A stretch of DNA of 32,000 bases from Vulcanisaeta distributa DSM 14429 (GTDB taxonomy: Archaea; Thermoproteota; Thermoprotei; Thermoproteales; Thermocladiaceae), in the NCBI RefSeq assembly GCF_000148385.1, contig NC_014537.1, positions 2,130,001 through 2,162,000 on the forward strand, written 5' to 3'. Under the pieces are notes generated by a model. It did no database searches. It saw only the letters and a list, made by a program, of their open reading frames with translations, and had not been told where the DNA came from. Shown here piece after piece: positions 1 through 7,016 of the stretch. Within the stretch, counting starts at the first letter, position 1; each line of letters begins with the position of its first letter. A program made the translations under genes and the position numbers.

Positions 1-351
1 CAGGCATTTAGTTTAGAGTTTAAACGTCTTCGTAAAGGCGGCGTGTTCATTTATGAGAGCACAATCTATAAACCGTCAATTCCAGATGCAAACGACTATT
101 TAGTAATTCCGGTACCCGCCACAGAAATTGCGGAGAACGTGACCGGCAGGAGATTGACTATGAACGTGGTTTTAGTGGGTGTCATAACGGCCGTTCTTGA
201 GCCGTTATTGAAAGAGGAGCACATAATTAACGCAATAAGGAATATGACTAGGAGGGCCGGTAAGCTCGATGCCTCGATTCAGGAAATGAACATAAAGGCG
301 TTTCAGGCAGGTCTTGATTACGGTAGGAAGTACTTACAGGGGTTAAGGTGA
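1..351 (+). CDS. 2-oxoacid:ferredoxin oxidoreductase gamma-subunit family protein (POR-gamma / IorB-like), C-terminal part; 5' end outside window
   Basis: Frame 1 is open from base 1 to TGA 349-351; the track only shows it from the internal GTG at 43. VIPVPATEIAENVTGRRLTMNVVLVGVITAVL ... MNIKAFQAGLDYG matches my recollection of the C-terminal half of the POR-gamma/IorB family. Confidence 0.6.
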   Translation, partial: QAFSLEFKRLRKGGVFIYESTIYKPSIPDANDYLVIPVPATEIAENVTGRRLTMNVVLVGVITAVLEPLLKEEHIINAIRNMTRRAGKLDASIQEMNIKAFQAGLDYGRKYLQGLR

Positions 352-352
352 T
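347..352 (+). promoter_or_regulatory. Shine-Dalgarno-like GGTGAT box for the HdrA-like cistron
   Basis: GGTGAT lies 3 nt upstream of ATG 356 and overlaps the upstream stop codon. It is complementary to the conserved archaeal 16S 3' end (..AUCACCUCC). Confidence 0.5.
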
Positions 353-3300
353 TTGATGCCGACCAATAGAATACTTATCCTGGGCGGTGGTATTGCTGGT
401 ATTGAAGCTGCACTGGCCTTAGCTAACATGGGTTATAGGGTTACGCTTGTTGAGAAGTCCCCGGCCATCGGCGGTAAGATGGCAATGCTCGACAAGACAT
501 TCCCAACCCTCGACTGCTCAATATGCATAGAAGGACCATTAATAAGTGATGTTGCGAGGCACCCATACATTGAATTGCTCGCCCCCGCTGAATTACTTGA
601 CTTAACAGGGTCGCCAGGCGATTTTAAGGCTAGGATACTTGTTAAACCAAGGTACGTGACTGACGACTGTACTAAGTGTGGTCAATGCGAGGATGTATGT
701 CCTGTGATTGTCCCTAGTGAATTCGAAGCAGGTATTGGTGCCAGGAAGGCGATATACCTACCATTTCCACAGGCCGAGCCAGGAATATACATGCTCGACA
801 TCGATCACTGCTTGAATAAGCCACCGAATTACTTCCCATGTGATAGGTGTGCCAAGGCTTGCGATAGGAACGCCATAATATACACGATGATGCCTAAGGT
901 CATAGAGCGTGATGTTGCTGCCGTAATTGTATCAACAGGCTTCGACTTAGAGAAGGGCGATATACTTGGGGAGTATGGTTACGGTAGGTACATGGACGTA
1001 GTTACGTCGCTTGAGTTCGAGAGATTGGTTAACGCATCGGGACCCTCAAGCGGTGTCGTTATTAAACCGAGCACTGGTGAGGAGCCGGAGAATATACTTC
1101 TTGTGTCCTGTGTTGGTTCAAGAAATAATAGATATAATGATTATTGCTCCGGGTTCTGTTGCACATACCTGCTTAAGCAGGGTATATACGCTAAGGTACT
1201 TCATGGCATTAAAAATGTGACTATAATGTACATGAATGATGTTAGGACATATGGTAAGGGTTTCGAAAGCTTCTTCGACAGAGCACTTAAGGAGGGTATA
1301 AACATTGTTTGGGGTAGGCCTGAAGTCCTTGGCGAGAGGAATGGTAAGATCGTTGTTAGGTTCGAGGATACGAGGAATAAGAAGGTCGTTGTAAATGAGT
1401 ATGACATGGTCGTACTAGCGCCCTCCGTAAAGCCTGTGGGCGATATGAATAAGTTAAGTAAAATACTAAATATATCATTAAATAGGGTTGGTTTCGTAAA
1501 GACCGACCCAGCTAACCCAACATTAACGACGAGGCCTGGAATCTTTGTAGCCGGTTCAGCGAGTGGCCCTAGGGATATTTCGGAGTCCGTGGTTACCGGG
1601 TTAGCCGCTGCGGTGCAGGCGATTAGGTATGCAAGCCCTGGGGTGATTGAGGAGGAGAAGTATGAGGAGACCATAGAGCCATACCCAATTAGGGTCGGGG
1701 TCTTCGTCTGTCATTGTGGTACGAACATAGCTGGTGTCGCTGACGTACCCGCATTAGTGGAGGCTGCTAAACAAATGCCTGACGTAGTTCATGCAGAGGA
1801 TCTCCAATTTGCATGTGCGAAATCATCACTAGATAGGATAACCCAGGTGATTAAGGAGAAGAAATTGAATAGGGTAGTCGTTGCATCATGTTCGCCAGTC
1901 ACGCACTTGAGGTTTTTCCAGGATTCTGCGAGGAGGGCTGGTCTTAATCCGTATCTCGTGGAGATGACGAACATTAGGAACCTGGATACGTGGGTCCATA
2001 ACGACAGGAAGGTGGCCACAGAAAAGGCAAAAGACATGATAAAAATGGCCGTGGCCAAGGTCCACCATATGGTGCCATTACAGACAATAAAGCTGCCGGT
2101 GATTAAGAGGGCGTTGGTCATTGGTTGTGGACCTGCAGGGCTGGCGGCAGCCACGGGGCTGGCTGGCGCAGGCATTGAAACTATACTTGTTGAGAAGTCT
2201 AATGAGTGCGGTGGCATGCTTAGGCGCTTAAATAGGCTTGAGCCTGAGGGTATTGAGGCTAGGAAGTTACTTGATAGGATGGTTGAGGAGGCTAAGGAGG
2301 TTGGTGTTAAGTTCATGCTTGGGACAACAATTAAGGATGTGTCTGGCTTCACGGGTAACTTCCACGTTATCCTAAGCAACGGCGTCGAACTCGACGTAGG
2401 CGCAATAATAGTGGCCACGGGGGCCAAGCCTTACGTACCGACAGAGTTCAATTATGGTAAGGATCCAAGGGTATTAACAACGCTAGACCTTGAAAATGGT
2501 AAGACCGTCGAGGGTAAGAACGTAGCAATAATAAACTGCGTTGGTTCTAGGACCAGTGGTAGAGGATGTTCAAGGTATTGCTGTGCCGTAGGTCTTAGTA
2601 AGGCAATTGAATTAAAGAGCCAGGGCAAGAACGTAGTCCTAATCTATAGGGATATAATGGGCGTGAATCCTGAGGTTGAGGACCTATACAAGAAGGCTAG
2701 GGATGCTGGCGTGCTCTTCATTAGGATTCCTAGGAAGGCTGAGTTAACCGAGGCCATAAGAATGGATACTAATAAGTTAATAGTCCATGACGTTGAGTTA
2801 GGGGATGATGTTGAGGTGCCGTTTGACAACATAATCCTCAACATAGGTCTGGTACCCAGTGAGGATACTGACGAGACATCTAAGATCTTGAGGCTTTCTA
2901 AGGATCAGGAGGGCTTCCTGATGGAGGCCCACCCGAAGCTCGGCCCAGTGGACACCATGACCCCGGGAATATTCATAGCTGGCGCAGCTAGGGGCCCAAA
3001 GAACGTGGCTGAGGCCATTGCCGAGGGCTATGCAGCTGCCTCAAGGGCGTTAATGATGCTTGCCCAGGGCTATGTCACCAAGGAGCCGTTCATACCGAAG
3101 TTTGACTGGTCCAAGTGTACTAAGTGTGGTCTCTGTATTAAGGCTTGTCCGTACGGCGCCATTAGGGGTGTTCCGGGTAAGTGGATTGAGCACATACCAG
3201 CCGCCTGTCAGGGCTGTGGTGCGTGTGTGGCTGAGTGTCCGCAGGATGCCATAACGCTTGATGCCATGAGTGATGATGTTATTTTGGCTCAGGTTGAGGC

Positions 3301-3745
3301 TGCTTTGGCTGAGGAGCCTGAGAAGAAGGTGATAATGTTCACATGCGCCTATTGTTCGTATTGGGCTGCTGATAATGCCGGTATATTTAAGATGCAGTAT
3401 CCGCCCTATGCGAGGATCATTAGGCTTCAGTGCAGTTCTAGGTTGGCTTGGAAGCATGTTAAGCGTGCTTTTGAGCTTGGTGCTGCCGGTGTGTTTGTGA
3501 CTGGTTGTAGGCTTGGTGACTGCCACTACATAACCGCAAACTACAACACAGTAAGAAGATTCGAAAACTGGAAAAAGAGACTAAAAAACATAGGCGTTAG
3601 GGATGAGAGGTTCCAGTTAAGGCTGTTTGGTGCGCCTGATGTTGTCGACCTTGTTGAGGCTATGAAGGAGGCTGAGAGGGTTGTTAAGTCGGTGACCAAG
3701 GAGGAGATTGAAATGACAAAACAAAGAATCAAGCAATTAAGGTGA
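353..3745 (+). CDS. HdrA-like flavoprotein, tandem HdrA-HdrA-ferredoxin-MvhD fusion (1130 aa)
   Basis: Module 1 (aa 1-430): GGGIAGIEAA..EKSPAIGGKMAMLDKTFPTLDCSIC, CTKCGQCEDVCP, VSCVGSRNNRYNDYCSGFCC, GIFVAGSASGP. Module 2 (aa 445-905): VGVFVCHCGTNIAG, VVVASCSPVTH..GLNPYLVEMTNIRN..WVH, VIGCGPAGLAAA, NCVGSRTSGRGCSRYCC, GIFIAGAARGP. Then two 4Fe-4S motifs (CTKCGLCIKACP, CQGCGACVAECP) and an MvhD-type domain (FTCAYCSYWAADNAG..LQCSSRL..GVFVTGCRLGDCHY). Start is TTG 353 or, more likely, ATG 356. Confidence 0.85.
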   Translation: MMPTNRILILGGGIAGIEAALALANMGYRVTLVEKSPAIGGKMAMLDKTFPTLDCSICIEGPLISDVARHPYIELLAPAELLDLTGSPGDFKARILVKPRYVTDDCTKCGQCEDVCPVIVPSEFEAGIGARKAIYLPFPQAEPGIYMLDIDHCLNKPPNYFPCDRCAKACDRNAIIYTMMPKVIERDVAAVIVSTGFDLEKGDILGEYGYGRYMDVVTSLEFERLVNASGPSSGVVIKPSTGEEPENILLVSCVGSRNNRYNDYCSGFCCTYLLKQGIYAKVLHGIKNVTIMYMNDVRTYGKGFESFFDRALKEGINIVWGRPEVLGERNGKIVVRFEDTRNKKVVVNEYDMVVLAPSVKPVGDMNKLSKILNISLNRVGFVKTDPANPTLTTRPGIFVAGSASGPRDISESVVTGLAAAVQAIRYASPGVIEEEKYEETIEPYPIRVGVFVCHCGTNIAGVADVPALVEAAKQMPDVVHAEDLQFACAKSSLDRITQVIKEKKLNRVVVASCSPVTHLRFFQDSARRAGLNPYLVEMTNIRNLDTWVHNDRKVATEKAKDMIKMAVAKVHHMVPLQTIKLPVIKRALVIGCGPAGLAAATGLAGAGIETILVEKSNECGGMLRRLNRLEPEGIEARKLLDRMVEEAKEVGVKFMLGTTIKDVSGFTGNFHVILSNGVELDVGAIIVATGAKPYVPTEFNYGKDPRVLTTLDLENGKTVEGKNVAIINCVGSRTSGRGCSRYCCAVGLSKAIELKSQGKNVVLIYRDIMGVNPEVEDLYKKARDAGVLFIRIPRKAELTEAIRMDTNKLIVHDVELGDDVEVPFDNIILNIGLVPSEDTDETSKILRLSKDQEGFLMEAHPKLGPVDTMTPGIFIAGAARGPKNVAEAIAEGYAAASRALMMLAQGYVTKEPFIPKFDWSKCTKCGLCIKACPYGAIRGVPGKWIEHIPAACQGCGACVAECPQDAITLDAMSDDVILAQVEAALAEEPEKKVIMFTCAYCSYWAADNAGIFKMQYPPYARIIRLQCSSRLAWKHVKRAFELGAAGVFVTGCRLGDCHYITANYNTVRRFENWKKRLKNIGVRDERFQLRLFGAPDVVDLVEAMKEAERVVKSVTKEEIEMTKQRIKQLR

Positions 3746-3746
3746 T
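3741..3746 (+). promoter_or_regulatory. Shine-Dalgarno-like GGTGAT box for the HdrD-like cistron
   Basis: GGTGAT lies 5 nt upstream of ATG 3752 and overlaps the HdrA-like stop TGA 3743-3745. Confidence 0.5.
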
Positions 3747-3751
3747 GGGGG

Positions 3752-4876
3752 ATGCCGGTAACCGTTAATTTCGAACTCAGGGAGGAACTACTTAAGTTAG
3801 TACCCACCCTAAGCCTCTGCTACCAATGCGGTACATGTAGCACGTACTGCCCAATAACTGATGAGTCCTATAATATAAGGCTCATCGTTAAGAAGGCTCA
3901 GCTTGGCGTTGTTGATCCAAAGGACTTTAAGGTCATTTGGGACTGCGTTACCTGTGGCACCTGCCAGGCCCTGTGTCCCAATAATGTCGAGATCGTTAAT
4001 CTCGTGGAGGTTATTAGGACCATGGCCATGAAATCCAAGGTCTTCCCAACAAAGATTAATGAAATACTCTGGAAGATATACGAGAACCAGAACCCATGGG
4101 GTTACACCGTCACCGACAAGAGGAGGTTCCTATCCCAATTCAGTGGTTTAATTAATAATGAGAATCCAGACGTTGTAATATACCCATGCTGCCTATCGGT
4201 CGGTGACCCAAGGCTTCAGAGACATATCAAGGCTTTGATCAGGGTATTGACTAAGGCAGGCCTTAAGGTGGGTATGTACACTGGTCTATCCTGCTGTGGC
4301 GACATAATACTTCACACCGGCAATAAGGCATTTTATGAGGAATACACCACTAAGCTCAGGGATTCAATAATGAATAATGTTAAGGCTCCAATAATAGTTA
4401 CACTATCACCACACTGTGAATACGCACTTAAGAAGTATCTTAAGGGTGTTAAGGTAGTTCACTACGTTGAGTTACTCGATGAGCTTATACGTAGTGGTAA
4501 ATTGAAAATTAATAAGAAGGTCGACATCACTGTGACTTACCACGACCCATGCTACTTGTCCAAGCATCAAAGGGTCATTGAGGAGCCCAGGAGGGTTATC
4601 ACATCAATACCAGGGGTTAGGCTTGTTGAGATGGTTCACTCAAGGGAGAAGTCACTGTGCTGTGGTGCTGGTGGTGGGGGTATAGCCCTTGAGACTAGGG
4701 TATCCACTGAATTATCAAAGCGTAGGTTGAAGGAGGCCGTTGACACAGGCGCCTCGGTAGTGCTCACGGCATGCACCTACTGCTTCAGGATGCTTGAGGA
4801 TGCGAATAAGGTCATGAGAACAAACTTAAAGGTTATGGATCTAGTGGAATTTCTAGATAGTGTTATGGGTGATTAG
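3752..4876 (+). CDS. HdrD-like Fe-S oxidoreductase (two 4Fe-4S ferredoxin motifs plus two CCG cysteine-rich domains)
   Basis: CYQCGTCSTYCP and CVTCGTCQALCP at the N-terminus. Two CCG-type domains follow (YPCC..LSCCGD..SPHCEY and HDPCY..SLCCGAGGG..TACTYC). I saw no hydrophobic membrane segment. Confidence 0.8.
   Translation: MPVTVNFELREELLKLVPTLSLCYQCGTCSTYCPITDESYNIRLIVKKAQLGVVDPKDFKVIWDCVTCGTCQALCPNNVEIVNLVEVIRTMAMKSKVFPTKINEILWKIYENQNPWGYTVTDKRRFLSQFSGLINNENPDVVIYPCCLSVGDPRLQRHIKALIRVLTKAGLKVGMYTGLSCCGDIILHTGNKAFYEEYTTKLRDSIMNNVKAPIIVTLSPHCEYALKKYLKGVKVVHYVELLDELIRSGKLKINKKVDITVTYHDPCYLSKHQRVIEEPRRVITSIPGVRLVEMVHSREKSLCCGAGGGGIALETRVSTELSKRRLKEAVDTGASVVLTACTYCFRMLEDANKVMRTNLKVMDLVEFLDSVMGD
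4868..4873 (+). promoter_or_regulatory. Shine-Dalgarno-like GGTGAT box for etfA
   Basis: GGTGAT lies 4 nt upstream of ATG 4878, inside the last codons of the upstream cistron. Confidence 0.5.
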
Positions 4877-4877
4877 C

Positions 4878-5858
4878 ATGAGTGAGTGGAGGGGCATATC
4901 CGTATTTATCGAGCAGGACAATGGCGAGCTAGAGAGGGCATCACTTGAGATTTTAACGAGGGCTGGTGAGTTGGGTAGGAAGTTTAATGAGGAGGTTCTC
5001 GGCATATTGCTGGGTCATGAAGTTGGTAACCTGGTCCGGGAGTCCTCTAAGTATGGCGCCGATAAGCTCATAGCCGTTGACCACCCAGACCTAAGGCATT
5101 ACAATAGTGATGCCTATACTGAAGTCATGGTATACCTAATCAATAAGTACAGGCCTAGGTACTTATTGCTGCCAGCCACGAGGAATTCCAGGGACCTAGC
5201 CGGTAGGTTAGCCGTGAGGTTTAGGACCTGCCTTAGCGCGCACGTGATAATGGTCGACATAGACGAGAAGGATAGAAAGTTGGTCACGGCCGTACCTGGC
5301 TTCGGCGGTAATATAGTCGCCACAGTTGTCTGCACCGGAGGCAAGCCTGAAATGGCCACGGTTAGTCCAGGAACTTACGAGGCGAGGCCAAGCGATAAGG
5401 AGGCTTCGGTTATCATGGAGTCTATCCCAGAAGACTTGGTAAGAAAACGTAGGATAGAACTCGTGGAGAAGAAGACCTCACCAATGCCTGACCTATCAAG
5501 GGCTGAAAAAGTCGTTGTGGCAGGGCTTGGGACTGGAGGTGATTTAGAGCTGATTAAGGAATTCGCAAACCTAATAGGCGCTGCTGTCGGCGTCACAAGA
5601 CCACTCGCGGACATGGGCATAATGCCCAGGGACTACCAAATAGGCACCACGGGTGTCTCACTGAGGGCTAAGACCGTATTCGTATTTGGCGCCAGCGGTG
5701 CTCCACACTTCGTTTATGGCATTAGGGACTGTGGCACGATAGTTGCGGTTAATACAGATAGGGAGGCGCCGATATTCGAGAATTGTGATTATTGTATTGT
5801 GGCTGATTTATTTGATGTTCTTAAGGCATTGATAAAGGAGTTAAGGGGTGGGAGGTGA
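4878..5858 (+). CDS. etfA: electron transfer flavoprotein, alpha subunit
   Basis: Etf-alpha-like throughout. The C-terminal FAD-domain region is TVFVFGASGAPHFVYGIRDCGTIVAVNTDREAPIFENCDYCIVADLFDVL. I prefer ATG 4878 (preceded by GGTGAT, 1 nt after the upstream stop) to the track start GTG 4860. Confidence 0.85.
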   Translation: MSEWRGISVFIEQDNGELERASLEILTRAGELGRKFNEEVLGILLGHEVGNLVRESSKYGADKLIAVDHPDLRHYNSDAYTEVMVYLINKYRPRYLLLPATRNSRDLAGRLAVRFRTCLSAHVIMVDIDEKDRKLVTAVPGFGGNIVATVVCTGGKPEMATVSPGTYEARPSDKEASVIMESIPEDLVRKRRIELVEKKTSPMPDLSRAEKVVVAGLGTGGDLELIKEFANLIGAAVGVTRPLADMGIMPRDYQIGTTGVSLRAKTVFVFGASGAPHFVYGIRDCGTIVAVNTDREAPIFENCDYCIVADLFDVLKALIKELRGGR

Positions 5859-5859
5859 T
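5851..5859 (+). promoter_or_regulatory. Shine-Dalgarno-like GGAGGTGAT box at the etfA/etfB junction
   Basis: GGAGGTGATG: the SD-like purine run abuts or overlaps the etfB start (GTG 5855 / ATG 5858) and the etfA stop TGA 5856-5858. This suggests translational coupling. Confidence 0.45.
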
Positions 5860-6652
5860 GGCTCCTCTCAAGAACATAATAGTCACGATGAAGGTGACGC
5901 CAAAGCCCGAGGAAATAAGGTTTGACCCAGTCACAAAGACTGTTGATAGGTCAAAGGCTACGAATGAGATAAACCCAGCTGATAAGAATGCCCTTGAGCT
6001 CGCACTACAGCTTAAGGAGAAGTATGGTGGTAAAGTCATAATACTATCCATGGGACCGCCATTCTGGGATCAATTCATAAAGATGGGCATAGCCATGGGC
6101 GCCGATGACGCAGTTTTAATAAGCGATAGGGCCCTGGGAGGCTCTGATGCCTTTGTAACGTCAAAGGTGCTTGCAGCAGCTATCAAGAAGATCGGTGATT
6201 ATTCGCTCATCATTACCGGTGAGGAGAGCGAAGATGGCTCAACAGGCCAGGTACCACCTGGCATTGCTGAATGGCTGGGGATTCCCGCGGTGACTTACGT
6301 CTCCCAGGTTATTGACGTTACTGAGGATTCAATAATCATTAAGAGGACTATTAAGGGAGGTTATGAGATTGTTAAGGTCAGGATGCCTGCGGTAATATCC
6401 GTGGAGCTCGGCGTGAACACGCCAAGGTTCCCAGACTTTGAGAGGTTGCAGTGGGCCCAGAGCCAATTTAAGACTACGGTATGGAGTATCAAGGACCTTG
6501 GGCTTACCGAGGATGAGGTTGGCTTTAAGGGTTCGTTAACCGCCGTTACTGAATTAAAGGAGTTGAGACCTCGTGAGCGCCTACGCCAGTTCATTGAGGG
6601 TAGTCCTGAGGAAATAGCTAAGGAGCTCATTAAGAGACTTGGCCTAAAATGA
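5858..6652 (+). CDS. etfB: electron transfer flavoprotein, beta subunit
   Basis: Etf-beta hallmarks: INPADKNALELALQLKEKYGG..V..LSMGP and GEESEDGSTGQVPPGIAEWLGIPAVTYV. The start overlaps the etfA stop; the track gives GTG 5855. Confidence 0.85.
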   Translation: MAPLKNIIVTMKVTPKPEEIRFDPVTKTVDRSKATNEINPADKNALELALQLKEKYGGKVIILSMGPPFWDQFIKMGIAMGADDAVLISDRALGGSDAFVTSKVLAAAIKKIGDYSLIITGEESEDGSTGQVPPGIAEWLGIPAVTYVSQVIDVTEDSIIIKRTIKGGYEIVKVRMPAVISVELGVNTPRFPDFERLQWAQSQFKTTVWSIKDLGLTEDEVGFKGSLTAVTELKELRPRERLRQFIEGSPEEIAKELIKRLGLK

Positions 6653-6654
6653 AA

Positions 6655-6972
6655 TTACCCCGCCAACTCATCTAATTGATTCAAAACATCCGCGTAACCA
6701 CTTTGCCTTAGCTCATTGACCTCGTTCTTCTCGTACTTATATATTAAATCCGCCCTATTTGGTTCGAAGTCCCAGGGTGCAACCAGTATGTAATCACCAA
6801 CCCTAAGCCACATCTTCTTCCTATACTTACCTGGTATTCTAACGAGTCTAACCTTACCGTCCTGGCAAACGGCCTTTGCCCTATCATCACCGACGAGTTC
6901 AATAACCTTAGCAAGCATTTCGCCTTCCCCAGGCAGTCGCACCTTACTACCCTGTTGGTTTTCCTTGGGCAT
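6655..6972 (-). CDS. eif1a: translation initiation factor aIF-1A
   Basis: S1/OB-fold aIF-1A signature GKVRLVRIPGKYRKKMWLRVGDYILVAPWDFEPNRADLIYKY; 105 aa. Confidence 0.9.
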   Translation of the reverse strand: MPKENQQGSKVRLPGEGEMLAKVIELVGDDRAKAVCQDGKVRLVRIPGKYRKKMWLRVGDYILVAPWDFEPNRADLIYKYEKNEVNELRQSGYADVLNQLDELAG

Positions 6973-6994
6973 CTACGATATTAAATCTCATACC

Positions 6995-7002
6995 TTTATA
7001 AA
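6995..7002 (-). promoter_or_regulatory. TATA box (TTTATAAA) for aIF-1A; leaderless geometry
   Basis: Centred about 27 nt upstream of ATG 6972. Confidence 0.5.
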
Positions 7003-7016
7003 CCCAACCTTCATCC

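Noticed and set aside
1201-3526. Minus-strand ORFs of 157, 212 and 158 aa (1201-1674, 1789-2427, 3050-3526) and smaller ones
   Set aside because: All lie antisense inside the HdrA-like gene, whose frame carries dense recognisable motifs. They are shadow ORFs.
3326-3640. Looked for an in-frame TGA (selenocysteine) in the MvhD/HdrA-like regions, as occurs in some Hdr/Bam-type proteins
   Set aside because: The 1130-codon frame is uninterrupted and Cys codons occupy the expected positions. No recoding is needed.
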